Positions 39,068-50,575 are shown, counted from the first letter of the stretch. The stretch: 64,000 bases of DNA from an uncultured Clostridia bacterium (GCA_948502395.1 CAOPES010000002.1:142631-206630); one strand, 5' to 3'. The notes: generated from the letters alone by a model not told the origin. Program-made: numbers and translations.

Positions 39068-39877
39068 GTGATTATTTTGAAAATTTTTTTATTAACTAAA
39101 AAAACAATATTTATTACCACTTTTATAGCAATTGCAACTATTATAATATTACTTTTAATTTTCACATTCAATACTCCTACTAATTTTGCAGTTGAACTAA
39201 CTCACAATTGTGTCGTATCAGATGTTTTTATAGATGAAGTTTCTAGCCTTACTAAAAGACCTGAAAAAATAGCATATTTGACTTTTGATGATGGACCAAA
39301 TACTTCTGTTACTCCTAAAATTTTGGATATTTTAAAAGATGAAAAAGTAAAAGCCACTTTTTTTGTAATTGGAAAGTCTGTTGATGCTCACCCAGAGATT
39401 GTAAAACGTGCTTATGATGAAGGTCATTATATTGCTAATCACGGCTATTCTCATAATAATTCTAAATTATATAAAAATCTTGATAGCTTTAAAAATGAGA
39501 TTGAAAAAACCGATTTAGCTATTGGAAAAGCTATTGGAAAGTCTGATTATTGTTCTCATGTTTTTAGATTTCCTAATGGCTTTATGTCTCCTAATCATAA
39601 GTCAAAAAAGAAAGAAGCTGCTAAACTTCTTTCTGAAATGAATTATACTTATATTGATTGGAATTGTTTAAATAATGATTCTATCAAAAAATATAGTTCT
39701 AATCAATTATTAAATAATCTTAAAAAGTCTTGCAAAAATAAGAATACCTTAGTCGTTTTAATGCATGATACCAAAGATGTTAGCAATAGCTCTCTTGCTT
39801 TAAAGGATTCTATTTCTTATTTAAGGTCACAGGGCTATGAATTTAGAAATTTTTACTCTTTTTTTGAAGAAAAATAA
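39068..39877 (+). CDS. Polysaccharide deacetylase (NodB/CE4), TM-anchored
   Basis: YLTFDDGPN and HGYSH, with an N-terminal TM helix. The start is non-ATG (GTG/TTG). Confidence 0.85.
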   Translation: MIILKIFLLTKKTIFITTFIAIATIIILLLIFTFNTPTNFAVELTHNCVVSDVFIDEVSSLTKRPEKIAYLTFDDGPNTSVTPKILDILKDEKVKATFFVIGKSVDAHPEIVKRAYDEGHYIANHGYSHNNSKLYKNLDSFKNEIEKTDLAIGKAIGKSDYCSHVFRFPNGFMSPNHKSKKKEAAKLLSEMNYTYIDWNCLNNDSIKKYSSNQLLNNLKKSCKNKNTLVVLMHDTKDVSNSSLALKDSISYLRSQGYEFRNFYSFFEEK

Positions 39878-39884
39878 TCCGTAT

Positions 39885-39917
39885 GGGTGTTTTTAAGGTC
39901 TGTCCCCAAAAACACCC
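39885..39917. repeat. Single GGGTG-stem hairpin unit I, placed as a bidirectional terminator
   Basis: GGGTGTTTTTAAGGTCTGTCCCCAAAAACACCC followed by TTTTT, between convergent genes. Confidence 0.85.
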
Positions 39918-39920
39918 TTT

Positions 39921-40154
39921 TTAATCGTCTATTATTTCTGGACCTGCTATATTGATTTTTCTACTAGTTTTATTTTTGGGTTTGCTAGCTGTGTTTACTC
40001 CACCAGAGATTTTTTCGTATGTTTCTAAGTTCATAATAACCATTGAACCATAGCCGTTTTGCGTTAAATATACATTTTCTGCTTGGTCTACTACTAAGTC
40101 TTGTATTTTTGCAAAATTCTCTTTTAGGTCTGATGTTGGCATAATGTGTAACAT
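39921..40154 (-). CDS. Phd/YefM-family antitoxin-like protein (no adjacent toxin gene)
   Basis: 77 aa. MPTSDLKENFAKIQDLVVDQAENVYLTQNGYGSMVIMNLETYEKI is typical of Phd/YefM. Confidence 0.65.
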   Translation of the reverse strand: MLHIMPTSDLKENFAKIQDLVVDQAENVYLTQNGYGSMVIMNLETYEKISGGVNTASKPKNKTSRKINIAGPEIIDD

Positions 40155-40310
40155 ATAACTCCTCCTTTTTTATCTGTTCTTTTTTTATTATTTCCTAAGG
40201 TTTGCTTCTTTATTACATTTTTTAGAAATTAATTTTGGTTTATAATATTTTTTGCGTTTTCGGAAATACTATTATTGTTAAATTTATATTATTAATTGGA
40301 GTGTGTTTTA

Positions 40311-40744
40311 TGGAAAATCAAAATTTGAATATTTTAGATGAAGTTAATAAGGGTGCTACTATGGGAATGGATGCAATTTCTTTTGTTTCTGAAAAGGTTA
40401 AAGATGATGATTTCAGAAAGGTTTTAGATGTGGAGTATAACAAATATAAAGAGATTTCTAATAAAGTTAATAATTTGTATTCTGATTATTCTAGTGCTGA
40501 ACCTCATGAGACTAATGCTATGAATAAGATGATGACTTGGTATGGTATTCAGATGAAGACTATGTCTGATGATACTACTTCTAAGTTGTCTGAACTTTTA
40601 ATGCAAGGTACTAATATGGGTATTATTGAGGGTAGACGTTTGATTAATCAAAATCCTGATGCTGATAGACCTGTTATGAATATTTTGGATAGTTTTGTTT
40701 CTATGCAAGAAGATAGTGTTGAAACTTTAAAAAGATATTTGTAA
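40311..40744 (+). CDS. Hypothetical four-helix-bundle-like protein
   Basis: The ATG at 40311 is preceded by GGAG. The protein reads MENQNLNILDEVNKGATMGMDAISF... The family is uncertain. Confidence 0.55.
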
Positions 40745-40799
40745 AATATTAAATCCATAGGACAATTGTATTTTTTGTCCTATGGATTTTTTGTTTTTG

Positions 40800-41387
40800 C
40801 TATCTTTCTACTTCTTGTTCCAGTAATCTCTTTCTTAACTTTTCTAATGCAATTCTTCTTGCGCTTATTTGATTTTTTTCTTCTTGTGAAAGTTCTGCTA
40901 AGGTTTTGCCGTTTTCTAATTCGAATATTTCATCAAATCCAAATCCATTTTCTCCTTTGACTTCTTCTGCAACAAAGCCTTCAATTTTTCCTACTTCACA
41001 TATTGTTTCTTTTCCGTCTGATAGCGCAATTGCTGTAACAAAGTTTATTTTTCTTTTTTCTCTTGGAATTCCTTTTAGTTTTTCTATTATTGCTAAGTTT
41101 CTTTCTCTGTCAGTTCCTTCATGCCATCTTTTGGTAAATACTCCTGGGAATCCGTCTAAATATTCTATTTCTATTCCAGAATCGTCGGCAATGCATTGTT
41201 TTCCGTTAAGTTGTTTTGCTATTGTTTCTGCTTTTTTTATTGCGTTTCCTTCAAATGTTTTTTGGTCTTCTTCTACGTCTATGTCTATTCCAATTTCTTT
41301 CATTGAGATTATTTTGTAGTTTTTTAGTATTTCTACGGCTTCTTTTATTTTTCCTTTGTTTCCTGATGCAATTACTATTTCTTTCAT
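40800..41387 (-). CDS. rdgB: dITP/XTP pyrophosphatase (RdgB/HAM1)
   Basis: MKEIVIASGNKGKIKE...DSGIEIEYLDGFPGVFT...GENGFGFDEIF...SARR. Confidence 0.88.
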   Translation of the reverse strand: MKEIVIASGNKGKIKEAVEILKNYKIISMKEIGIDIDVEEDQKTFEGNAIKKAETIAKQLNGKQCIADDSGIEIEYLDGFPGVFTKRWHEGTDRERNLAIIEKLKGIPREKRKINFVTAIALSDGKETICEVGKIEGFVAEEVKGENGFGFDEIFELENGKTLAELSQEEKNQISARRIALEKLRKRLLEQEVER

Positions 41388-41418
41388 TTTTAATTACATT
41401 CCTTTCTTCTAAAATTTC

Positions 41419-42174
41419 TTATACCCAATTTCTTATAAACTCATCATTAAATGTATATTGACTTGATGGTCTGTATGCAGATTCTTTGACTACTTTGTCT
41501 GTTTTCTTAATCATCGGTTCTATTTTCTTTCTAAAATTTGCTGATACTAATTTTGTATCTAATATTATTTCATAAATTTGTTGTAACTCTGAAATTGCAA
41601 ATTCTTTATTTAGAAAACAAAATGCTATATTCGTATTTTCAATTCTATTTCTTAATCTTTTTATTCCTGTATGAATTATAATGGCTGTTAGTTCTGTTAT
41701 TTCTGCCTTTCCTACAAGTTTATTTATATACTCAACATTTTCTCTTTCTCTTTTTGTTATTGTTTCTATTTTATATTTTACTTTTATATTCTCATCACTT
41801 AATGTAACTTTTTGTATGTCTGAGTTTTCATTTTCTATGTTTATATTGTAAAAGCTCATATTTTTAGGCATAGTTTCGATATTGCTTTTGTTTATTATTG
41901 CTAAATATGTAATTATTAACTCTTCTTTATCTGTATAATATTTAGGATCTCCCCAAGTATATAACTGCTCTATATAGAATTTATTAGTTCCAAACAATTC
42001 TTTCATTTTATGCGCTGCTATATCTTTTATATATTCTTTATTTGTAATATCAAATGTAGGAAAACTATTATCTTCGGACAAAAGTAGTTGCAATTTCTTT
42101 TCTCTCAATTTTCTAACATCTTTTCTTTCTTCATTATCTGTACTAAATATTATTAAATTACCTTTAATCTTCAT
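41419..42174 (-). CDS. NrtR-like regulator (Nudix-like domain + C-terminal winged helix)
   Basis: FYIEQLYTWGDPKY (Nudix-related) and ...NFRKKIEPMIKKTDKVVKESAYRPSSQYTFN. This resembles the NrtR family. The call is from memory. Confidence 0.45.
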   Translation of the reverse strand: MKIKGNLIIFSTDNEERKDVRKLREKKLQLLLSEDNSFPTFDITNKEYIKDIAAHKMKELFGTNKFYIEQLYTWGDPKYYTDKEELIITYLAIINKSNIETMPKNMSFYNINIENENSDIQKVTLSDENIKVKYKIETITKRERENVEYINKLVGKAEITELTAIIIHTGIKRLRNRIENTNIAFCFLNKEFAISELQQIYEIILDTKLVSANFRKKIEPMIKKTDKVVKESAYRPSSQYTFNDEFIRNWV

Positions 42175-42189
42175 TTTAAAATCTCCTAA

Positions 42190-42699
42190 CTATTGGTTTT
42201 CTTCAAGGAATATTTTTGATATCTTGTTGTAAAAAACTGTTTCATTTTTCACTATTTCTCTGACATTTATTTTTCCAACAATATCTATAAATCTATATAT
42301 TTTTTCTTCATTTAGTAACTGTAATTCTCCATCTTTATCTTTTACTACTTTTAATAATTCTTCTGGAATCACTATATTGTATTTTTTTATTATTCTACTA
42401 TTTAGTTTATCATAGTCATCATAAATATGTTCATCCCATTTTTCTAAAAAGTTATTGTAGAATAAATAATCAGTCATTAAATGTAGAAAATATCCTTCAT
42501 CAAACTCGTTTGTAATTCCTGTTTCCTTTAAATATCTATCTAAATTTGGATTACTAGAATATGGTCCATAGTGAGATTTGCCTTTGTCTTTTGCTAAATC
42601 TGGTGCTATTATTCCTCTTTCAAAATTTTCCGAGTTACTAATTTTATTATTCTTTGTGTACACTTTTCCAACGGCTAAATGTATTGCATATCCCGGCAT
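42190..42699 (-). CDS. Hypothetical protein (possible metal-dependent hydrolase)
   Basis: 169 aa with MPGYAIHLAVG...HYGPYS...FLHLMTDYLF. The His-rich motifs are not assignable. Confidence 0.4.
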   Translation of the reverse strand: MPGYAIHLAVGKVYTKNNKISNSENFERGIIAPDLAKDKGKSHYGPYSSNPNLDRYLKETGITNEFDEGYFLHLMTDYLFYNNFLEKWDEHIYDDYDKLNSRIIKKYNIVIPEELLKVVKDKDGELQLLNEEKIYRFIDIVGKINVREIVKNETVFYNKISKIFLEENQ

Positions 42700-42722
42700 T
42701 GTTCTATTTCACCTCTTTTATT

Positions 42723-43682
42723 TTATATTTCAAAGCATGTTCTTTTATTTCTATGGCACGCTACTCCTTTCTGATTTACTAAAAATAATATTGTATCTGA
42801 ATCACAATCTAAATAAATTTTTTCTATATACTGTATATTACCACTTTTTTCTCCTTTTGTCCACAGAGTTTTTCTGTTTCTACTGTAATACGTTGCTTTT
42901 TTAATTTCATAAGTTTTTTTCAAACTTTCTTTGTTAGAATATGCCAACATTAATACTTCTTTTGTTTGTGAGTCTTGAACTATTGTTGGTATTAATCCAT
43001 TTTGTTTTTCAAAATCCATTATTTCAATGTAGCAATCCATAATATTTAACTTACCAGAAGTTATAGCCATTCCTAATACTTGATCAAATCCCAGTTTATG
43101 AATGTGTTTTATTTCGTTTATTGTTGTAATCCCTCCTGCAACCATAATATCATTTTTTGTTTTTCCAACTAGTGTTTCAAAAAAGTTCAAATCTGTCCCA
43201 GAATTTAATCCTTCTACATTTACATTTGTAATTAAAAATTTGTAGCAATACTTTTCTAATTCTAGCATTCTTTCATATATATTTTCTTTTTTTAACTCAG
43301 TCCATCCATGTGTTGCTATTTTTCCATTTTTAGTGTCTAAGGCAACTATAACTTTATTTTTAGGCAATTTAGTTAAAAATTCTTTATTCGCTCTTGTTCC
43401 TACTATTACACTATTTGCTCCTGCTTCTATATATTCGTTTGCTAGCTTGGCACTTCTAACTCCGCCTCCTACATTACAGGTCAATTTTTTACATAGCTTT
43501 TTTATTAGTTCTTTATTACTCCCTTTACTCATTGCAGAATCTAAGTCTATAACATTTATTTGTGGAAATATCTTATATTGCTCTACTATTGCTTCTATAT
43601 CATCATTTTCATATACTTTTTCCTTTCCCTGTTTTAATTGAACGACTTTTCCATTCATTATATCAATTGAAGGTATTATCAT
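42723..43682 (-). CDS. Fusion of HisA-like ProFAR isomerase (N-terminal) and HisI phosphoribosyl-AMP cyclohydrolase (C-terminal)
   Basis: [19 protein letters not shown]...NVIDLDSA...VGGGVRS is HisA-like. [24 protein letters not shown]...[18 protein letters not shown]...[19 protein letters not shown] is HisI-like. Confidence 0.8.
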   Translation of the reverse strand: MIIPSIDIMNGKVVQLKQGKEKVYENDDIEAIVEQYKIFPQINVIDLDSAMSKGSNKELIKKLCKKLTCNVGGGVRSAKLANEYIEAGANSVIVGTRANKEFLTKLPKNKVIVALDTKNGKIATHGWTELKKENIYERMLELEKYCYKFLITNVNVEGLNSGTDLNFFETLVGKTKNDIMVAGGITTINEIKHIHKLGFDQVLGMAITSGKLNIMDCYIEIMDFEKQNGLIPTIVQDSQTKEVLMLAYSNKESLKKTYEIKKATYYSRNRKTLWTKGEKSGNIQYIEKIYLDCDSDTILFLVNQKGVACHRNKRTCFEI

Positions 43683-43696
43683 TTATTCACCACCCC

Positions 43697-44137
43697 TTAA
43701 TAATTTTTTAAATATTTCTTTTTACTTATTTGCTCTAAATCATGCATAATAACTTCATTTACTGTTATTGGCTTTGTTTCTCCTATTTTTGTAATATCCA
43801 CTTGTTTTAAGATTTCTTCTATTTTAGCCTCTTCATTAAATTCTTCATATTGAACTTTTTTACTTATTGCAAACAAGGTTTTCCAATAAATATATTGTGA
43901 TATTTCATTTACTAAAATTTCTCTTTTAGTCATATTTTCATGATAATGTTCTCCTAGTATTGCTTCTTCTACTTCTTGCTTTTCTTCTAACATTTTTCTA
44001 TTACAATATTCTTCTACTTGTTTGTCTTTTTTCATAAGTGCTAAAATAAGTTTTTTAGTATTTGACATTTCTTCTGTTATTTCGTTATTATCTCTTATAC
44101 ACTCATATAATTTATATCTTTTTTGTGATTCTTTCAT
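43697..44137 (-). CDS. MazG/HisE-like all-alpha NTP pyrophosphohydrolase (possible phosphoribosyl-ATP pyrophosphatase)
   Basis: 146 aa. EE-rich helices (QVEEYC..EVEEAI..VNEISQYIYW) resemble HisE. The call rests on this weak similarity plus context. Confidence 0.45.
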   Translation of the reverse strand: MKESQKRYKLYECIRDNNEITEEMSNTKKLILALMKKDKQVEEYCNRKMLEEKQEVEEAILGEHYHENMTKREILVNEISQYIYWKTLFAISKKVQYEEFNEEAKIEEILKQVDITKIGETKPITVNEVIMHDLEQISKKKYLKNY

Positions 44138-44154
44138 CTCAACACCTCAACATA

Positions 44155-44910
44155 TTACTTTATTTGTAATCTTTTATTAAATTCTATATATGCATTTAAA
44201 ACTTCTTCATCATTTTTTAGTTGTCTAAATGAATCTTTGGTTAAGCTTTTTCCTGTTTGAATGTCATTTGCTCTTATACAATCTTGAGAAATTTCATCTA
44301 TTACAACTATATTTCCTTCTTCATCAAACCCAAGCTCCATTTTCATATCTATTAACTTCATATCTGCTTTTTCTAAATTTTCTCTAATTATTTCTCCTAC
44401 TTGTGCCAATACATTTTTGGCTTTTTCAAATTCTTCTTGTGTCAAAAGTTCTAATCCTATAATATAGTTTTCATTTAGTGTTGGGTCATCTACTCCTGCT
44501 ACCTTAATATCTTGTTTCAAATCAAATTTATATAATGGTGTTTTAAATTTTTGTCCTTCTTTTACTAAGCTTGGGTATAACCTTACTATACTTCCTGCTG
44601 CGTAGTATCTGCAAATGAATTCTAATGGGATTGTTTTTACTTTTTTTACTAGTATACCTTCTTCTCCATCTATTTTTTGAATTTTTGTATCTTTTATCTG
44701 TGTTCTTATCCCCTTACTTTCTAGTAAATTCATAAAATACATATTTGCTATTAATCTTTGATGATCTGTTCCTTTTATATTTTCTTCTCTTTTTGATGTT
44801 ATAGACCTTAGATGTGGTTTAAAACACATAAAATAAGTATTTTCATTTAATTTAAATATTTTTTTAGATTTTCCTTCTATCTCTGGCATTTTATTTTTTA
44901 ATGTATACAT
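44155..44910 (-). CDS. SAICAR-synthetase (PurC) family protein; either canonical PurC or a CofB/PenC-like paralogue
   Basis: EGKSKKIF, IPLEFICRYYAAGS and LIDMKMELGFDEEGNIVVIDEISQDCIR align with PurC motifs. Confidence 0.8.
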   Translation of the reverse strand: MYTLKNKMPEIEGKSKKIFKLNENTYFMCFKPHLRSITSKREENIKGTDHQRLIANMYFMNLLESKGIRTQIKDTKIQKIDGEEGILVKKVKTIPLEFICRYYAAGSIVRLYPSLVKEGQKFKTPLYKFDLKQDIKVAGVDDPTLNENYIIGLELLTQEEFEKAKNVLAQVGEIIRENLEKADMKLIDMKMELGFDEEGNIVVIDEISQDCIRANDIQTGKSLTKDSFRQLKNDEEVLNAYIEFNKRLQIK

Positions 44911-44912
44911 AG

Positions 44913-46100
44913 TTACATCACTTTCCTTTCCAACTCTTCTTTTACCGCATTTATAACTTCTACAATTTGTCTATTTGTATCTAATATTACTACTTTTGCT
45001 AAATTATATTTTTTTACAAATTCTACGGCTTTTTTATATAATTTATAATACTCTTTTAATGATTGTAGTTCATCAAAATTGTCTTGTTCTCCACTTCTTT
45101 TCTTTGTTCTCTCTAAGGCAATTTCTGGTGATATATCACAATAAAATAATACATTTGGCATAGGCTCCCATGTTTTTATTACTTCTAAAATTTGTTCATC
45201 TGTAAATTTTTGTTTTATTAAATCTGTCATAAATGTTAATATTGACCTATCATATATACTATTTACATTTTTAGGTGCTCTCCAATGTTTTTTACCAATT
45301 TCTGTTGCCCATTCTATATACTTCCCTTGATCCCATAATTTCTTTGCTTCATTTCCTACTTTGCCTGAATATGGCGTTATTAATACTTTCGAGTTTGTAT
45401 CCATTACAGGATTTTGGACTAAATATTTAGCCAAAGTTGACTTTCCTGAACCATCTAACCCGTCAAATGCTATGATTTTTCCTTTTTCTTGTTTTGGTAT
45501 AAGTCCTAATTCTTCAAATAGACTAATTTTTTCTGTTTTCTGTGTTGCTAGAATCGCTCCAAATTTTACAAATGGTTTATATTCTATAAGCCCATTCTCT
45601 TTTGCACTTGTTCCTGTTTCTACAACATCAAATATACTATCAGCCCATCCTAGTAGTACTGTTGCTTCTACACTGCCTGAAATTTTTACTATATTTTCTT
45701 CTGCTATTCCTAAATAGTCTTTTGCTAAATTCTCATAACTTGTTGCTACTTTTCGTTTTTGAAAATAGTCAAAAGGTTTATCAGCTAATTCTTCTTTTAC
45801 TAATAAACTTATTCTACAATTTGTTTGTTCAAAATATTTTAATGAAATCATGGATTTATGTCCACTTTCTAGCCATTGGTCACTTCCGTATATAATCATA
45901 TCAAACTTATCACTATATCTTTTTATGTCTTCCCATCTTAATAGTGTTATTTCTAATATGTAAGTAGGTGTTTCAATTCTATGAACTAATTTTCTTGATT
46001 TTTCTATCTCTGCCAAACCTATACTTTTCAAATATTCTTGTAGTACAGGTAACAATTTCCCTTTTCCAGCACCTAACTTAATTACAGGCTTCTTACTCAT
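44913..46100 (-). CDS. Fusion of HisG-like ATP phosphoribosyltransferase (N-terminal) and a dTMP-kinase-like nucleotide kinase (C-terminal)
   Basis: IKLGAGKGKLLPVLQEYL...GSDQWLE...CRISLLV...SGSVEATVLLGWADSIFDVVETGTSAKENGL is HisG-like. IIAFDGLDGSGKSTLAKYL is a thymidylate-kinase-type P-loop. Confidence 0.75.
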   Translation of the reverse strand: MSKKPVIKLGAGKGKLLPVLQEYLKSIGLAEIEKSRKLVHRIETPTYILEITLLRWEDIKRYSDKFDMIIYGSDQWLESGHKSMISLKYFEQTNCRISLLVKEELADKPFDYFQKRKVATSYENLAKDYLGIAEENIVKISGSVEATVLLGWADSIFDVVETGTSAKENGLIEYKPFVKFGAILATQKTEKISLFEELGLIPKQEKGKIIAFDGLDGSGKSTLAKYLVQNPVMDTNSKVLITPYSGKVGNEAKKLWDQGKYIEWATEIGKKHWRAPKNVNSIYDRSILTFMTDLIKQKFTDEQILEVIKTWEPMPNVLFYCDISPEIALERTKKRSGEQDNFDELQSLKEYYKLYKKAVEFVKKYNLAKVVILDTNRQIVEVINAVKEELERKVM

Positions 46101-46115
46101 ATTTTTTCCTCCTTT

Positions 46116-47135
46116 TTAAACTTTACTTTGCTTAAATAAAATCTTTTCAATTTCTTTTGTTAAGTATTTATATTTGTTTTGAGTTATTCTTTCAATATCT
46201 TCTTTTGTAATTACTATTATGCTTGTTGATTCTGATGTTTTTGAAAATGCCTGACCATTAAATGAATTTCCTATTAATGTTATTAATGATTTAATAATAT
46301 TTTTAGGTAATTTAGGTAGCATTTGTTTTAATATATTATAAGTTCCCTGAAATGCATGATATACTGAAACTTCCATTTTCATTTTTTCTCCTATACCAAT
46401 AATTCCAATACTTTCTTTTTCCGAAAATGGTTCTTTGCCAATTACTAAAATATTGTCTAACTCTTCATTAGGTTTTAAAACTTCTACATCAATTGTAATT
46501 TTGCTAGATGCTTCCATTGCTATTCCACTTAATTCTCCATAAGATTGCAAACTATGTACATCACCTAAATACAATCCAGCTCCTTCTATATCTACTGGAA
46601 GATATATATCTGTATTTTCTGTAACAAATGGTAAATCTAAATTTCCACCATTTTTAGGGCCTGCATGACCTGTTTTTATTCTTTCACCATTAGGTGTTGT
46701 TGCTATCATGCCTATCATAGGCTTATATTTTAGCTCTATATTGTTTAAGTACTTTAATCCATCTTTTACCCTTTTAGCTATAACAGGTGCTCTTTCTGAT
46801 AATTCTGAGCTTTTTATTGGATCTATTCCTGCTGTCTTTGACATGGTTTGTGCCATCTCACTTACATCTATTTTATATATATGAACTTTTAATACATCTC
46901 CTGGCTTTGCATTTTCTATATAAATTGGCCCTGTTAATGGGTGATGATGCGTCTTCCCATTTTTGCTATTTATTAGTTTCATTAACTCGTTTATATTTTT
47001 AAATCTATCTCCATATGCATTTATAGTTTCTACACAAACTTTTTCTTTTTGTGGCATTTTTGCAATAAACTTATTTTCTTTATCTATAATTGTTTGGTAA
47101 TTACATTTTATATTAAACATATTGTAATCTTTCAA
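46116..47135 (-). CDS. Acetamidase/formamidase (FmdA_AmdA) family protein
   Basis: HHPLTGPIYIENAKPGDVLKVHI, GGNLDLPFV and GDVHSLQSYGELSGIAMEAS. Confidence 0.75.
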   Translation of the reverse strand: MKDYNMFNIKCNYQTIIDKENKFIAKMPQKEKVCVETINAYGDRFKNINELMKLINSKNGKTHHHPLTGPIYIENAKPGDVLKVHIYKIDVSEMAQTMSKTAGIDPIKSSELSERAPVIAKRVKDGLKYLNNIELKYKPMIGMIATTPNGERIKTGHAGPKNGGNLDLPFVTENTDIYLPVDIEGAGLYLGDVHSLQSYGELSGIAMEASSKITIDVEVLKPNEELDNILVIGKEPFSEKESIGIIGIGEKMKMEVSVYHAFQGTYNILKQMLPKLPKNIIKSLITLIGNSFNGQAFSKTSESTSIIVITKEDIERITQNKYKYLTKEIEKILFKQSKV

Positions 47136-47799
47136 TTCCTTTCTTTTTATCCTTTAATGGTTGTAAAGGTCTTATATCTAAATATGGAATATAAACTTTT
47201 TTTGGTAATTTTATTATATTTACTATTGCCATGCCAACTTCTTCTGGCATTAGTTTCCACTCTTCATAAATTCCGTGATCTCTATTTTTTATACTTCCAA
47301 TTGATAAATAAGAAACCCTTACATCTTCATATCTTACTTCTTCTCTTAAACATTCTGCTAGTCCTCTTAATGCTAGTTTTGTTGAGCAATATGCTCCACC
47401 TTCTCCAAAAGTATATTTTTCCGAATGTGACCCTACAATCACTATGTCTCCTTTTGCATTTTTTACGTTTTTTATAAACGTATTTAATACATAGAAAGCA
47501 CCATTTAAATTAGTCTTTACTGAATTATTCCAATCTTCCACTTGCATATTCTCTATTTTTTGAAATCTTCTGATTCCTGCATTTATTACTAATACATCAA
47601 TTTTTTTATTTACCATATTTTTTATATTTTGAATACTTTCATATTTTGAGACATCACACTGTATTTCTGTATAATTTTCTATTTTTTCATTTGAAACAGT
47701 TCTATTTAAGCCTATTACTTTATAGCCTTGTTTTAATAAGATATTTCTTATTCCTGCTCCAAGTCCTCTATTACACCCTGTTATTAATGCTGTTTTCAT
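47113..47799 (-). CDS. Short-chain dehydrogenase/reductase (SDR)
   Basis: TALITGCNRGLGAG (TGxxxGxG), NAGI and S...YCSTK, the catalytic triad region. Confidence 0.85.
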   Translation of the reverse strand: MKTALITGCNRGLGAGIRNILLKQGYKVIGLNRTVSNEKIENYTEIQCDVSKYESIQNIKNMVNKKIDVLVINAGIRRFQKIENMQVEDWNNSVKTNLNGAFYVLNTFIKNVKNAKGDIVIVGSHSEKYTFGEGGAYCSTKLALRGLAECLREEVRYEDVRVSYLSIGSIKNRDHGIYEEWKLMPEEVGMAIVNIIKLPKKVYIPYLDIRPLQPLKDKKKGIERLQYV

Positions 47800-47857
47800 T
47801 AAAAGTACCTCCTATAATTTTATTAAATTGCTTTTCTTTCTACCAACGCCTATATAT

Positions 47858-49213
47858 TTATACTCTTTTAGCTATTTTCTCAGCTAATCCTGTATAATTT
47901 TTAGGTGTTAACTTTAATAACATTTCTTTGTCTTTTTCGTTAAGCTTTAAATTTTTCACAAATTCTCTTATGTCCTCTATTGAAATATTTTTTCCTCTTG
48001 TTAATCCTTTTAAGGTTTCATAAGCATTCTCATAGCCATTTTTTCTTAATATAGTTTGAACTGCTTCTGCTAAAACCTCTGGTGTGTTATTAAGATCAGA
48101 TCTTAATTTTTCTTCATTAACAGTTGATTTATTTATTCCTACTATTGTTTGTTTTATTGCAATAATACTATAAGCAAATACCATTCCTATATTTCTTTGT
48201 AGTGATGAATCGCTTAAATCTCTTTGCATTCTTGATATTTGTATATTATTGAGAAACACATCTATTATCCCATTTGACATTTTTATGTTTGCCATTGAGT
48301 TTTCAAAATTTATAGGATTTATTTTATGTGGCATTACTGATGACCCTACTTCCCCTGCTATATTTTGTTGTTTAAAATAATTTCTACTAATATACATCCA
48401 CATATCATTATTAAAGTCTAATATAATATTGTTTAATAATTTAATTTCTGAAAGTATAATTGAAATACTGTCATGTGATTCAATTTGAGTTGTATACATA
48501 TTATATTCTAAGCCAAAGCTTTCAACAAACTCTTTTGCAACTTTTATCCAATCGACATTAGGATAACTTATCAAATGTGCATTAAAGTTTCCCACTGTTC
48601 CATTAAATTTTCCTGTTAATTTTTCTTGTTTTATTCTATTTAAAATTTTCTCCATTCTATATACAGCTATTGCAAATTCCTTACCAACAGTTGTTGGTGT
48701 TGCATTTTGTCCATGTGTATGTGAGAGTATTGGAATATTTGCATAATTTTGTGCTTTTTCTTTTAGTATCTGAACTAATTGACTTACATTTGGAATATAA
48801 ACATTTTTTACTAATTCTTTTTCCATAATTCCATAAGCAATGTTATTTATGTCTTCGGAAGTACAAGCAAAATGTACTAAATTGTTGTATTTTTGAAGAT
48901 TATTTTCTGCAAGTTTTTCATCAATATAGTATTCAACTGCTTTAACATCATGTTTTGTTATTTGTTCTATTTCTTTTATTCTTTTAGCATCATCTATATC
49001 AAACTCTTTTGATATTTTATCTAATATTGTAAGTTCTTCCTTCTTAATTTCTAATCCTAGTTCTTTTATATTAAACAATTTTTTTAACCATTCAATTTCA
49101 ACAATAACTCTATTTTTAATTAAGTGATATTCACTGAAATATTTTCTTACTTCTTTTGTTGTTTCTTTGTATCTTCCATCTATTGGTGATATGTTCAATA
49201 ATTCTTTTTCCAT
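47858..49213 (-). CDS. purB: Adenylosuccinate lyase
   Basis: 451 aa with GSSVMPHKINP (fumarate-lyase signature) and HTHGQNATPTT. Confidence 0.9.
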   Translation of the reverse strand: MEKELLNISPIDGRYKETTKEVRKYFSEYHLIKNRVIVEIEWLKKLFNIKELGLEIKKEELTILDKISKEFDIDDAKRIKEIEQITKHDVKAVEYYIDEKLAENNLQKYNNLVHFACTSEDINNIAYGIMEKELVKNVYIPNVSQLVQILKEKAQNYANIPILSHTHGQNATPTTVGKEFAIAVYRMEKILNRIKQEKLTGKFNGTVGNFNAHLISYPNVDWIKVAKEFVESFGLEYNMYTTQIESHDSISIILSEIKLLNNIILDFNNDMWMYISRNYFKQQNIAGEVGSSVMPHKINPINFENSMANIKMSNGIIDVFLNNIQISRMQRDLSDSSLQRNIGMVFAYSIIAIKQTIVGINKSTVNEEKLRSDLNNTPEVLAEAVQTILRKNGYENAYETLKGLTRGKNISIEDIREFVKNLKLNEKDKEMLLKLTPKNYTGLAEKIAKRV

Positions 49214-49222
49214 AAATTCCTC

Positions 49223-50506
<1,284 letters not shown>

Positions 50507-50546
50507 TCACTTATTATATTTTTTACATTAAGTATCTTACATTCGC

Positions 50547-50575
50547 ATTATACATACTATAATATTTTTTGTCAA
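50547..50575 (-). promoter_or_regulatory. Consensus sigma-A promoter of purA
   Basis: Minus strand TTGACA (50570-50575), a 17-nt spacer, then TATAAT (50547-50552). Confidence 0.7.
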
